DNA of 64,000 bases from Macrostomum hystrix (Eukaryota; Animalia; Platyhelminthes). This document shows positions 13,401 through 28,400 of this stretch, in pieces. The translations under genes and the position numbers were made by a program. The stretch lies in NCBI GenBank assembly GCA_950097015.1, contig CATNEN010000039.1, positions 5,642,001 through 5,706,000 on the forward strand, written 5' to 3'. The notes under the pieces are model-generated. The model was given only the letters and a program-made list of their open reading frames with translations, searched no databases and was not told the DNA's origin. Position 1 is the stretch's first letter, and the number at the start of each line of letters is the position of its first letter.

Positions 13401-16400
13401 GGTGTACTTTACTACAGCTGAGACAGACCCCGTGTGCGTCGGTGCGCCAGAGCTGACAGTTCTCAACTCAACCGCGATTCTCATCGCTTGGACTATCCCC
13501 AACGCTACCTGCCTAATGGGCAGATTTCAGCGCGTCATTGTCAAGGAGCGAAAGAAACCTGTAATCGCTACGGAACTGCCTTACATCGATGTTGTAAGTC
13601 TATAGGTTTTCACTGGCGAACCTACACGTAGCAATATGAACCTGAACCTTCTGTGTGAAATTAAGTAAAATAATGCCATCAGCATCGTCTATCACTAAGC
13701 ACTTTTTGTATACTTTACCAACACTTTCAGACGCTGTACACAGAGCTAAATCCAAACGTGACGAGCTTCATTGCCAACATCTATCTGCCGTACACACAGG
13801 CAGTGTTGTTTATAACTGCCTGCAACTCTGCAAGCTGCAGAGACAGTGCGAACAGAACAGCGACAACCAGCATAGCTCCGCCTGAGAATCAGGAGCCACC
13901 CATCATTCTCGGTCTGAACTCTACTGTCATGGATCTCGCCTGGAGGCCTCCACTGGTCCTAAATGGACCGAATCCGCACTACATTCTAGAACGGGATCAT
14001 GCTAGCCTAAACTATTTGCCACCAGATGTCATGTCTGGAGTTCGATTTCCGGGATCCGGCTTCTACAAATTTCCTCCAAACACTGTACCACAGGACGCAG
14101 ACTTCTTTGGCATGGAGTTCTCCTTTAGGACTTCTCAGCAATCCGGTCTCGTACTCTGGGCTGGTTCTGCAGACCAAACTGACTTCGTTGCCATCTATTT
14201 TGTGTATGCCCGTCCTGTATTTGCCTTTTCCACTGGCCATACTGGCGGGGCTTGCGCGGTGGTTAAAATTTCCCCCGTGGACGACGAGGGCTTGCCGTAC
14301 AATGACGGACGATGGCACCAGATGCGAGTATTGCGCATGAATGGGTGGAACGCCACCCTCATGGTGACGGCTAAGGATCGGTGGATGCGCGGAAATACTG
14401 GAACTACGTGCATGGGAAACAAGGAAACGATTATTGCGCCAAATACAGGCGTCTACTTTGGCGGGCCATATGATGGATTTGTACCAGTTAGTATACTCAC
14501 AGATCCGGGTTGGTACAATACATTCACTGGCTGCATAAGGAACGTTCGCTTCTTAAACGAGATATCTCCGGAAGAAACATGGGTCGACTTGAATTGGAAC
14601 AATGTACAGTCATCGAAGTACACAATACCAGCATGGGAAGGCTGCCCAACAAACTTTGAGTCTGGAGCTCACTTTATGGGCCGCGGCTTCGCCGCAATCA
14701 AGGCTGGCACATTTCTTGGTGGCAACAATTTCAACTTTTCCTTCAATTTCAAAACTGACTCAAGATCCGGTCTTTTCCTGTTCGCACACGGAGGCAGCAA
14801 CACTCACGTGCTGGTGACTTATAATAACAACAGCATATTTTTTGAACTGATGTCGCCCGACATGAGGGCGAGTCGCCAAGTAGTACTCACATTGCCGCCG
14901 AGCAACACGAGCATCGGACTCTGTGATCAAAGCTGGAGAACACTGTTCTTCGGCAAGGCTGGTGGCCAGATTTCCATCGGCTTGCAGGACGCAGGGAGAA
15001 ACTTCACGGGAGATGCCAGCGTGGAAGTGCGGCTAATTTTGTCTTCTCCCTTGTATTTAGGAGGCCTGCCTAATTTGCCGATTGCGGCTCGACAGTACAT
15101 GAAATCTCAGGGCCTGGATGCGTACGCAGACATGTGTGAGTTCCCCTGGTTGGCCGTCAGGCTTTAGCCTTTTAAACTCTGTCATTTTTTTTTCTGTTGA
15201 TGAGCTGATTTACCGCATTTGGGTTCACAGATTTCGGTGGCTGCATAAACACCATCCGATCCACAACTTCGGGCATCCAGCAGGCAATACCGATAAGCTC
15301 AATAGAGAATTCGCTTAACGTTAACATCGACGGCTGCCCGCGCAGCGACACAACTGCTCAAAGCACTTGTGAGCACGATGACAGCGGCACCGTGTATACT
15401 GGAAACATGACCAACGCACTGGACACCGGGCTGAAGCCATTCACCCAGTACATCTACCGGGTGAAGGCAACTAATGAGAAGGGCGCCGCTGTCAGCGATT
15501 GGCAGGAAGGCAGAACTGCAGTTGGCAGTGAGTTTTTCTGAATAATGCTTGTCACTTTACACTCAATAGTTGAAGGCCACTTTCTGATACCATCCCCACA
15601 TTGTGAACCCACCTCTATAACTCTGAACTTCTATAACTCGATAATCCGCACTTAGAAGTTCATCGAAAAGAAAGTTTTCTAGCTTTTTCCTAGAAGGGCG
15701 AAAGTTACACTTAAAAAAGCAAATTTCACCTGAAATTGTAGCATAAAAGAAACTAACCAACCCGCAACGCGAACCACAATGTTTATTCAGCTCCTAGGAA
15801 TGTTCCGCCACCGTTTGATGCAAACTCCACTGGAGTTCCATTTGTCTTCCGGGCCTACTGGAACCGACCAATCAGTAGTGTTGGCCTGATCATCACCTAC
15901 TGGATAAGGGCTTACAACAAGCTGACGGGTGACTACACGGAGTCAGTGCTGACAGATTTTGACCCTGACCTGAATGCGTTCAACCTTACGGTGGGTCCGC
16001 TACGTGCTTTCTCGCAGTTCAGCATTCATCTGCTCGCCTGCACCACAGCCGGTTGCGGTGAGAGCTCTACCGGCTACAACATCTCCACTCCGTCAGACTA
16101 CCCGGCCGGTGTGCAACCGCCGAGAGCCAATATCAGCACCTACTGGATCTTTCTGACCTGGGGCTCACCTGTTCTCCCCAACGGCAACATCACTGGCTAC
16201 AAGCTGTACAGCGGTACAGGAAATCGTATGATTTACTCTGGAGGCCTAACGTACTTCAACGACTCGGGGCTGCAGTTCTTTGCCACTTATAGCTACTATC
16301 TGACCGCCTGCAATATTGTGGGCTGCAACACCAGCGATACGGTCTTCTTCCAGACAAATCAGCTGCCGCCAACCTTCATGGCCTCTCCAACAATGCTGGT

Positions 16401-19400
16401 CCTCTCCGCGTCAGCTATTCGAGTGTCCTGGATGGCACCGGATCGAATGAATGGCAATTTGCAAGGCTATTACGTTTACTCCACCAGGAATTTGTCCGAT
16501 GCAAACCCGGCGGTTGTGTTTAACAGCACCGTCAGTGGAATCGTTCTAACAACTAACGTATTGGGCCTTCTGCCAGGAACCTTGTACTTCTTTGCAGCAG
16601 AGGTTTGTGATAAGCGAAAATGTTTAACAAACCATGTCTTCTTCATACTGTAAGACTGATTCCCATTGCTTACTTTGCAACATTGAGTTTAGGCTTGTAC
16701 TGGTGGTGGATGTACCAGAAGCTTGTTCAGAAACGCTACAACAGAAGAAAGCTCTCCAGAGGATGTACCCGCGCCTGTTATTAGTCAGGTAAATGTGAGC
16801 TCGTTTCTTGTGTCCTGGAGCTTGGCTGGCAAACCAAACGGTGAGTCTGATAAATGTAGCTCGATTTGCGGTACAATTTTTTCTGGAAGTTAATGCTAAA
16901 AAAGACCTAAACGTACTCAATCGCTGTAGGTGTGATCCTGTATCACAGGGTTTTCGTCAACGGAATCAGGTACGCGAATCAGTCCGAGCGACAGTTGCTG
17001 GTCAGCGGTCTTCGGCCCTGGATGCTGTGCACAGTTTACATACAGCAGTGCACTGCCAAGGGCTGCGGTACCAGTCCAGACGTCAGCATCCGTACTCTGG
17101 AGGCCCCGCCTGTTGGCAAAGTGGTGCTGAATCAGATCATTCTGGACGCGCGCACTGTACAGATCTATTGGACGAATCCTGAGCAGCCAAACGGCTTTTT
17201 GATATTCACTACCCACTTCTATGGCCTTTACTATCGAGATCCCACTAATTGGGACTATGTCACTATGCAAGGCGATCGGGCGTTGCGCAACACCACTGAT
17301 TTCGGACTTTGGGTCACCATTTCCAACCTGGTGCCTTTCTCGGACTATTTTATTCAAGTCATTGCTGAGAACTCGGTTGGGAAAGTTTTGAGCAATGTCG
17401 TGCTTGCTAACATGCCGAAAGGAGGTAAAGTACAGCCTGACCTTTGGAATGACTTCTGAGATCCAGAAATGCTTATATTCGATATAAAAATCCTGAATCA
17501 CAGGTCCGGACGGTGTGAAATATCCAATATTGAAGGCACTAAACTCTACCGCTGTTCTGGCCAGTTGGGGATTCATCGGACGCCTGAATTCTGACGAGAA
17601 TGTTGCGTTTAAGTTACAAATGCTTACCTTGGATACGTGGGAGCCGTGAGTAATCCATGAGTGACTATAGTTATTTTATCACCTTACTGAATGCATTCGC
17701 GCTCTTGCCCCATTTCAGAGCGTTTTCAGAGCCGACTGTTGCTACCTCGTACCTGATGACTGGTCTTCAACCGTACACGAAGTATTCTTTCAGGTTGCAA
17801 GCCAGCAATTCTTATGGTGTTACATTCTCTCCCGTTTCAGAGATCTACACTATGGAGACAGGTTAGAAGTTTAAACTTTTTCACTAATTTTTTCTATATT
17901 ATCTATATAAACATTTTCTTACGCGTTCAAATGGCAGTTCCGGGTCCGTTTGGAGCCCCAAAGGTTGTTAACGTTTCGTCAACTGCGGCAACTCTGGTTT
18001 GGAGCCCCCTTCCAAACCCAAATGGAATCATACTCTTCTACACCGTGGTTGCCAACGGATATCTACGATCTAAGGTAAGCAACAATAGCACTGTTTAATT
18101 TATAAAAATCTTTATTCCAATAATCTTTACTACTGTAAAAATCAATAGGAATGCAATGGCGTCAATTTTTAGGTCTCTAATTCATCGACAAGCTACCAGG
18201 TTTCAAACTTGACGCCATGGACTGACTACTTCTTTTATCTTGAGGCTTGCACCTCTGTTGGATGTACGAGCGGCGCTGTCTCGAAGACAATAAAAACAAC
18301 TGCAGCCCCCAGTGAAGGCGTTCAACCTCCAGTCCTCGTGGCTTTGTCTCCAACTACTATCTCCGTCACTCTTCTGACTCCGAGTTCACCTAACGGTGCG
18401 CTAATCGAATATCAGGTCCTGCGAACGGCTTCGGGTAGCAATGAGACAATCAGCATTCGAAATCTGAGCATGTCGGATAGTTCGAGCTTCGTTGACGTCG
18501 ACACAAGCTTGATGCCCTACACGGAGTATAGTTACCGGCTGGTGGTTCGAAACACTGCCGGCTTGTCCAATAGTCCATGGTCGTCCGTTCGAACTCTGGC
18601 GACTGTGCCTGTCGGTGTAACGCCCCCGATAGTACGCAGCATAATGTCCACCTCTGCACTGGTAACTTGGCAACCACCGGTTCGATTTAACGGCGACTTC
18701 GTGCGCTATGTAGTTCAAGTCAACGACCTGAGCTTCGAGGTTACCAATAGGACGTTCACGTCCCTGCTAGTTTCCCGTTTGTTGCCCTGGACAGAGTATC
18801 ATGCAACAGTAAAGATTTGCTCGTCTGGCGGCTGTGTGGATAGTCCGAGGACCAGCTTCAGATCATCTTACGATGTCCCACAGGGGCTAGCAAAGCCGTC
18901 GGGTCGGCCGTTGTCAACAAACTATATTTCTGTAACGTGGCAGAGACCGCTGTATCCGAATGGACCTGGACTTCGATTTGAGCTTTACCGCCGAAAGGTG
19001 CTGCAGCCTCTAATAAACTCAACCGAGGGGCTGTATAACTGGGCGAAAGTTTTCGACGGTCCAAATCTTCTCTATGACGATCGAGATATCCAGATGCTAA
19101 CAGTGTATCAATATCGACTGGTTTTCTTCAACGACTACGCCCAGTTGTCTAGCGAAGTATCAGACAATGTAACAAGCTTCGGCGGCATTCCAAAAGTGGC
19201 ACCGACAATTTTCGCATATGCGTCCACATTTCAAACAATTGTTATCAACTGGACTCTGCCGAATATCCAGGACCTGCAAGGGTACCCGGATCATTACAAC
19301 GCACTCCTAGATAGTTCAGCAGCATTTTCAAAGCGCGTGACCGCTCCTGGCAACACCACTTACATAGTCGTTTCTGATCTTGTGCCGAGTACGCTGTATA

Positions 19401-22400
19401 GTGTGGTGCTTAATGTTACAGTAAACGGTGGTGGCTCTATCAGCAGTAATGTTTTCTACGTTAAAACAAGCGATGGGGGTAAGCAGTGACTGAATTAATC
19501 TTGGAAATTCCAGTAAGGAATCTTTAGTTTCTATTTATAACTCGTGCAAGCACTCGAAATTTTGCCGCAATAATCTCTAATAGCTAACTAGTATGGATCC
19601 TTGGGTCAATTTTTCAGCTACAACTACACTCACATTTACTGAATTTTTGTTACAAGCGTGTCGATTCATCGTTTCAGTTCCGATTGGCCTGCCACCGCCA
19701 AGACTCCAAACGGTCAGCATTGATGCAATCCGAGTGTACTTTTCAGCTCCGATAGTAACCAATGGACAGATCATTCGCTATTACATTTACGTCAACGACA
19801 GGCAAATCGACACTGGCATGTCAACTGAGGGATCGTATCTGCTCACGGATCTAAAGCCGTTCACACTTTACTATGTCTCGGTGAGCTCAAAACGAAATCA
19901 TGGACTCGTAAATCCGTGTTTTATTAGATATGACTTTATCCCGGATAGTATTTTCGGATAGAATCGAAAACTTAATTTCGATACTGAAACACGATGCTAA
20001 ATTAATTCGGAACGCTTTTATGAATCCATTAGATTAGATCTTCAAGTTTTATAAAACAGTTCCCGTTTCTATAAAAGAATTCAGTGGCAATGATACCCTA
20101 ACTTCTACTCTGCAGGTGGAGGCGTGTACTATATTTGCGTGCCTGAGGAGCAACAGTACCGAAGCATCGACTAAGGAGCTTCCCCCTCTTGGCATGTCTC
20201 CACCGACAATCTTGCCCGCTAGTAGCAGCAGCATAAAAGTTGTTTGGTCGTTGCCCTCGTCACCGAATGGCGTGATCAGGAACTACCAGCTGTTCCGTAG
20301 CGTCCACCAGGACTGCTACCTGAACAGTGAGTCTAATTGCCGGTACATTGTTTGCCCAATCGGCTGGTCTCTATGCGGTCAAGTCTGCTACAATGAAACG
20401 ACAGAAATCTGCTGCTCAGGCAGTCTCTACGCGAGAGATCCGTACATGGAGTGCTGCAATTCCAACTATGTGACCAGAAGGAATTTCCCGACCGATGTGT
20501 GCTGTGGTGACAAATTCCACACCTACAAAGCTAACTATGTCTGTTGCAATGATAAATACCTGGAAGTGAGCAACGGAAGCATTTGCTGCCCTGACAATAC
20601 CGAGAATCGCGAAAATATTGGCTTTGGAGATGTCTGTTGCAGCGCGATGCCGTTCTCCAGAAATAGCAGTGACCAAATTTGCTGCAACAGTAAACTTCAC
20701 TTCCTTAAAAATTTCTTTTATGAATGCTTTTTTATTAGAATCAAACAGTATAATTGTTTTACACTTACTAACTTTTTAGATAAACTGTATAGCAAAAACG
20801 GACAACAGTGCTGTGGCAACCAGGTGATGCCCAGCACAATGCAGTGCTGCGGTACGGCCACCTCTGGTATAGCGTTCTATCCAGAGGCCGGTAAAGACTG
20901 TTGCGGCATGCAGTACCTCGAGAGAAACACCAGCGAGTGCTGCAGGGACGACTCTAGAGGCGACGTAATGGCCTACTTCTATGCCACAGAGCAGGAGAAG
21001 CGGTCCTCAGGCAGGATCTGCTGTGGAGCAGCGTTGATCGACTCCACCCAGGCCTGCTGCAACGGCCTTGGCTATGACGCAAACACGCGGGTTTGCGCTG
21101 ACAGAAACCAGCAGTTTGTGGAGCTGGGCTGCGGCAAGGGCATCGTCTGTCCCAGGTCTTTCAATGAAAGCTCCATGTGTGACACGTGCTTGTTCCCCAC
21201 GCACACTTCCCAGTGTCTGACGTTTGTTAAGGTGGACAGGGAAGCGGCTTTGAATAGCGAAGGCAGAAGTCTTTGTTGGGCAGACTTTGCTATTGTTTTC
21301 TCAGGACCCAGTCTGGAGTTTCTTGGTAAGTTTTTGGCTCCTATATTATTGGGGAAGAAAATACAAAACTGTTAACAGTCTAGAATATGAGCTAGTTGTA
21401 AAATACTTTTTCCTATTTAAACTTTCACAGACACAGGACTCAAAGCCTACACGAACTACTCATACTATGTGGTTGCAACGAACACGGCTGGCTCAGTAAC
21501 TAGTGCCAACCGGACTGCTAGCACCTTGCCGGCACCACCTGAACAGGTGACTCCGCCTACTGTTCAACCGAGCAGGCTTGACGCCATCTACATTCAGTGG
21601 AGCGAGCCTGGCAAGACCAATGGTCCTATTACGATTTTTACTATTAAACGGCAAGATGAAAAGTCCTCAATATGGCTGGAGGTGTACAACGGACTTGATA
21701 AATCGTTCACAGACACAGTGACGATACAGCCTTACAAAGTCTACACGTACCGACTGGAAGCCTGCACACTGGGTGGCTGCTCAGTTTCGGGGCCAGTAAG
21801 TGGTAATCATTGTGGTTGTAGCCTTGTGGTTAGAGCGTCGGGGTCGCGGGTTTGATTCCTGACTCCAATTTGTGTCCTTTAGAAAGACACTTAACTCTGC
21901 ACTGCTTCTGTTCACCAAGTTGTTACATGGGTACCAGAATTATAACTTGGGTAATTGAGGGTGGGTGTCGACTGAACAGCCGAATGCAGCCTTCAGATGC
22001 GCCGCGCAATAGCTGCAGCTGTGCTGTCGGTTGGACATCTGTCCCAATTGGGGCAGGTGTAATCAATTTTTATTATGGAAATTCTCGTTCGGCAATAAAC
22101 GCCCCAGCACTATCCATAGTACCCTGGGAGGATAAATGGGAGAAAATGGGGACTTCGTGACAACAAGGCTCCATAATCCTCGAACCGAACCGACTGAAAC
22201 CAGCAGCTTGTCACATGTATCCCCAGGGCTCTATGACAAGGACTGGGGTGAGATGTCTTGGCATTTCTGGTCGACAGGATCCATTCCAGCGCCTATAGTT
22301 GACATCCCCTTTGTTTCGTTAATCTCAAATACTTTTTATGTCTTGCTGTCGAATTTGAATTTCCAGGTCAAGGTGGCCACCGCACAAGCGATCCCATTCG

Positions 22401-25400
22401 GACTGAGTCCTCCGAAGATTTCAACAATATCCGACTCGAAGCTGAGATTATCTTGGTCGCCTCCAACCTCGCCAAACGGCATCATCAGCCGGTATGACCT
22501 GTACGACTTGCGAAATCAGAAAATAATTTACAGTGGATTTGCTACAGAGTTCACTTATTCGGATCTGAGTGCGGCCACAAAGTACTCCATTGTGTTGGGC
22601 TGCTGTACGGTACAGGGCTGTCTGAATAGTACATACGTAGAGGAGAGCACAGAGGACGGAATTCCAGCCGGTGTAGCTCAGCCAAGCATCATAATAACTT
22701 CGTCAACATCGGTGCTGCTTGTATGGCAAGTGCCGTCAAACCCAAGGGGCTCGATTTTGCAGTACAAGGTCTATCAAGTGCGCACGACCGGGCCCAGCAT
22801 TGCCTTCGTCATAGCAGTTACAGACGGAAGCAGACAAAATGTCAGTATCACGGGTCTCATCGACCGCGAGACATACGAATTCCTTATAGAGGCTTACACA
22901 TCGGCTGGTGCCAGCAACAGCTCTTGGAGCTCTGTCATTTTACCGTCTTCGATTCCCCAAAATTACAGTGTAATTACAAGCATTACTGCCGTATCATCGA
23001 CCCAAATCGACTTGTCATGGACCAAAGTATCAGACGCAATTGTCATAGACAACTATAAAGTACTCGTCATCAGCGAAGACGGTGTTGTCTTTGAAATCGG
23101 ATACTCAGTACGGTTTTCGGCATCCATCGATAAACTTCAGCCATATAAAGTATACCATCTGGTCATTCAGGCATGCACAAGGTCTTCAACTTTCAGTTGC
23201 AGTCTTGGTCCGATGCGGAGTGTTCAAACTCTTGAGGGGGTGCCAGAAAAAATGGAGGCTCCATTCGTAATGGCCGTGGATCAGAACACGGTAAAAGCGA
23301 TTTGGAAACCGCCTCAACGGCCCAATGGCGTCATAACTAGCTATCGAATTACAAGACGCCTAACTGGTAGCACAGTGATTCAAACGGCAGCAATAATAAG
23401 TCCATCGACTTTTGAATATCAGGATTACAGTCCCGACCTAACACCTTACACTTCCTTTGACTATCAGGTGATTGCCATGAACAAAATCGGCATGACTGGA
23501 AGCAACTGGTCAACCGTTCTCACTCTAGAGGATCTGCCGCAGAGACTTATCCGACCAGATGTCAACGTGCTGGGGCCGTTCTCATTGAGAATTACCTGGG
23601 TACCGCCAACTGTTCCCAATGGCTATATTTTTCAATACCGTCTAGACTTTCAACGAATGTCCCTTGATCCAACAATAAGCTATGCAATCGACAATGTCTA
23701 TATCAGCGGCAGCAAGCGATCCAGCGTGATTGGCGGTCTGCTGCCCTACACTCCATATCAGGTTCGAGTGACAGCTATTAATAATAAAGGCGCGGGTTCT
23801 AGCTCCTGGTTTCAGATTCAGACACTGCAAAGCTCACCCGCCGGCCTGTCAAACTTCTCGGTTTATCGGTACAGCGACGGGCGCGGGCTGCAGCTCGAGT
23901 GGGCGACTCCAAGCAGGCCGAACGGCGTTATCACTAGGTACACAATCTATCAGGTGGGCTCGTCTAACAACAAAATTTATGAGGGTCTTACACAGGGCTT
24001 TCAATGGCGGCCTTTGACGCCGTACACATTTTACAATGTGTGCCTTGAGGCCTGCACAATAGCCGGCTGTGTAAAGTCTCCTATTCAAACTGTCAACACA
24101 GCGGAAGTTCAACCGATAGGCCAGGCGAGTCCGGATTTTAATAAAACCGATGCGAATTTTGTCGTGCTCAGCTGGTCGCCCCCAGTTCAGCCAAACGGAA
24201 ATATAATCAGGTACAATATCTACCGCCAGGTTGAGGTTTCTCGAGCCGCACGCAGAAAACGATCAGCCGCGGACAGAGTGCTAGTGGGTGTTGCCAACGT
24301 TACAGGTGACAAGGTCACGAGATTCACATTCACGGACACAACAGTCGAGCCCTCAAAGACTTATCTTTACTCGGTGGAGGCCTGCAACAGTGCCAGCTGC
24401 ACTTTAAGCACAACGGCCAGAGTTATGACACCGGAGGCGACACCCGGGCAGTTGCGACCGCCCGCAATCAGTACCATTGCCGCAGACTACAGCTTGCTGA
24501 ATGTTTCATGGCAGGCTCCAGGGCTGCCGAACGGAAACATCACACGCTACATGATTTACCGCAACGATACGTTATTGGCAGCTGTTAACGATCTCAATAC
24601 GTGGTACTACATCGACCGAAACTTGTTGCCTTATACAATTTATGCTTATAGCATCGGTGTCTGCAACCAGGCCAAGATCAGTCCCTGCGCGATAAGCAAT
24701 TACACGTTTGTGCTCAGTCTGGAAGCGCCACCTGCTTCAGTTGACCCGCCGAAATTGAAAAGCGCGTCAGCCACGGTGCTATCTGTTCAGTGGTCTGCGC
24801 CAGCCATGCCTAACGGAAGAATTGTGCAGTACTCGCTGCAGCTCAACACTGTGCCTGCGTACACTGGGTTAAACCTGACCACAACGCTAACTGGACTGTT
24901 GCCGTATACACTGTATCAGGTACGCTTATTCGCCTGCTCTAAAGGCGGCTGCTCCGCTAGTGAGGATGTGAACATGCGCACTGACGAATCCGTGCCTATG
25001 GATATGCGCTCTCCGGGTCTCGTGGTACTGGACTCAAACCGGATTGAGGTCAGTTGGACTCAGCCAGACAAGCCCAACGGCCTCATCATATCCTACACGC
25101 TAACTAGAAACGGTGCCACCGTGCAGACGCTACCATCAAGCACTAGAAACTACATTGATAGGGCCCTTGAACCCGGTACTGAGTACACCTATGTTGTGGC
25201 CGCCAGCAACAGCAAGGGTACAGTCTTCAGCGCCAGCGTGACAGCCAGCACACAGGCCAGCGCACCCGCGGAGCTGGCGCGACCAGCGCTGCTTTTGGCG
25301 ACAGCGACGGAGATTCGTGTTTCCTGGAAACCCCCGGCGCAACCGAACGGGCAATTGTTGAACTACACCTTGCTGTTGAATGGAACAGCGTTGTTCCCAT

Positions 25401-28400
25401 CGTATTCCAGCTCCACGCTGCAGGCAACCTTGTCTGGCCTCACGCCTTACACTTTCTACGGAATAAGACTAAGAGCTTGCACAGCAGGTGGCTGCAGCAT
25501 CTCTGAGCCTCTGATTGTCACAACAGGCGAAGCTCCGCCGCAGAACCAGCTGGCTCCAACAGTGATAGCCCTTGGCGATTCCAGCAATGCTCATGCCGGT
25601 GTATCGATTACCTGGTCACCGCCGGCGTACCCGTTTGGCATAATTCAGCGCTACGAACTGCAACGGCGTCAGGAAGTTACTGACTCGACTGGGAGTGACA
25701 ACTTTGGGAGCGCAATCATCGTCTATGTAGGACCAGAGCTGCAGTACCGCGAGAACGCTAGCAGCTTACAGCCGTATACGTACTATCAGTACCGTGTGAC
25801 CAGCTACAACAGTTTGTCAGTTGGCGCAGCCAGCACGTGGACTCTGGTCCGAACGAAAGAGGCTCTTCCTGAGGGCGTCTTCCCGCCCCTTATTCTGGTG
25901 AGCTACATGTGTGCGTGTTCTTCGTGTTTTAACTACGAGCTATCAGAGTAGCGCTTACGAGTTACGAGCTATCAGAGTAGCGCTCGTACCTTTAAATTTT
26001 CAGACATCACTTTTGTGAACAATTAGAGGCTTATCGAATTTTTTCAATAAATTTTTAGGGAACAACTAATACGACAATTTTAACGCAAATACAACAACCA
26101 GAAGCTAAAACTCTCAATGGCTTTGTAAACGCGATTAAGATCTACCTAAATGGCTCTGAAGTAGTGGCTGGTAAGATTCTCGTCAACACACTCAGTGGCT
26201 TGACACCATACACTCAGTACAGCGTTGTGGCCGCTATTTGCACTTCTCCGGGCTGCCAGAAAAGCCCAGGCGTTGCCGTGCGCACCACTGTGGGTGTGCC
26301 TCAGGGACTCCGGCCTCTTCTAGCTGTCAACGTGACGACTGACTCGATTTGGCTGGCGACACAGGAGCCTCAGGCACCAAATGGACCGATTCTACGGTTG
26401 GTTTCTTTTTTATTGTAAATGATATTAGCAAACAAGCAAGATGATTAAAATTTAAATTTTAGCCGACAAGTCGTGATGGGCATGCCATGCGCAGCATCTG
26501 GGCTCTGCGACCAAGGCAGCCGGTTCGACAATGGGGTGCTCAAATTCACGGGACTGTCGCCCTACACGCAGTACTATTTCCGCGAGGTTATCACCAACGA
26601 GCGGTTTGAAAGCACGGAACGATTGTGGACAAATGTTACGACAATGTCGTCCGGTGAGTTCGCATTTGGGTCGCGGTGGGTCCATCTCTCGAGTTTGTTG
26701 GCCTATGAAGATGCTCGTGTGTAGATCGTTTCAGCTTACCTCAAAGTAGTGCTTAACCGTATTTCACAGGGCCTGTCTATCTAAACCTACCGACTGCCAC
26801 CTTCAGTGGTGTTCGTATCACAATCGACTGGACCAATAGCTTCGCAGCTAACGGAAAAGTTCTCAGCTACACTTTGCTGCTTGACTCCGTCCAGGCCACT
26901 GTTACAAAAGCCACTGAGTACGCTTTTAATCAGGTGAGCCAGCAGCGCGAGTACTACTCAGTCGAGTTACGACTGTCGACCGAGGTTGGCACCGTAGCCA
27001 GCCCGCCACTGTATCTCAGTGTGACGGCCAAGCAGTTCGTTGCCGCGCCACCCGCAACCACACCGTCAACCGGAGACTCATCAGGGATGACATCGACGCC
27101 GTTGACTCAGCAGGCCTGGTTCATCGCTGCAGTTTCAGCCGGCTCGGTACTATTAGCACTAGCTTTGGGCGCAACGGCGGCCCGCTGTATCCAGGCGGCT
27201 CGACGGCCGTTCGTGCGGGAGCGCCAACCGTTGGCGCCATCGTTGGGTTCGTCAATGTCGAATCTGGGAGGCGCGGCAGCATTTTCCGATGGGTAAAATA
27301 TGGGATTTCTTAATTAGCACCTCTAAAAAGAAAGCCCATCCACCACAAATGCACCTGATGGGTAGAAATTTTTACTGTATATGATTCAGAAATGTTACAT
27401 TCTCGTTAGGTAAAACTTGCTCGTCAAGAAGTCGAAGAGGAACCGATTGCAGATCCATCCATCGAGCGCAGATACCAAATGTGAATGAGTTCCTGACCGC
27501 CGGACTGGTACCTTAATCAAGTGTCAAGGAAGATCAAGGAAAAGGGGATGTATTGGCGTGGCACTAAAAAACATCGGGCGTACGACATTGGGTTTTAATT
27601 TTTATATTGAGTATTGTTTTGTCTAGGGCTAAAACCAAGTACTCGTACAGCATTTATTTACTTGCGATAAATCGCGACGCACGACGGTCCCGACTCACGA
27701 GAAAATGCAGCAGCGGATAGAAAACAGAAAATCGTAATGTAGTCTGGCTTGTTGGTGCGCGTGCACTTAGATGTGCACGCGCGGCTTGTTTGGGGTGGGG
27801 GGTTTAGCGCTGCAGCGTGCGTTCGCTTAGGGTGGTTGCACCCACCCCAACTTTGCCGTTAAATATATTTGCGTGAGCCAGTGAGGGCTCCTGGCGTGAT
27901 TGTTATGTTCTACAACTTAACCCACGGTCTTACACTGGTGGCAGCGGTCTCACTATGGCCAAATCAGAGCAAGCCAGTCTATTGCCTTCAAAGTTTAGCG
28001 GCGACTCCAACGTGAGAACGTGGCTCAGCACGTTTGAGGACTTCGCCGACGACTGCGAATGGGACGACAAGAAGAAGGCAAAGAAGCTGAGACTGCTGGT
28101 GACAGGAGAAGCACAAATCTTCGTCTGGGAGCAGCCAGAAGACGTGTCAGCCAGCTATGAAAAGCTGAAGGAGAAGCTGATCGAGTGCTTTGGCAACAGT
28201 CTAAGCTGCTACAGAGCAATGGAGGACTTTGAAGAGCGTAAGCGACAGCCTAACGAGTCGCTGAGGGAGCTGGCCTACAGCCTGAAGCTTCTCCACCTTC
28301 GGGCCCGCCCGGACGACTCCGTGGCGGCTCGGGAAAAGGACGTGAAGTTTCGCCTGATGCGCCTCCTGCCATCTGCCGTGCGAGATGCGCTGTTGAAGGA

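Noticed and set aside
22136-22366. ATG-started N-terminus of the 1271-aa ORF as a separate gene
   Set aside because: Intronic read-through; the FN3 exon begins at the acceptor near 22367 and belongs to usherin.
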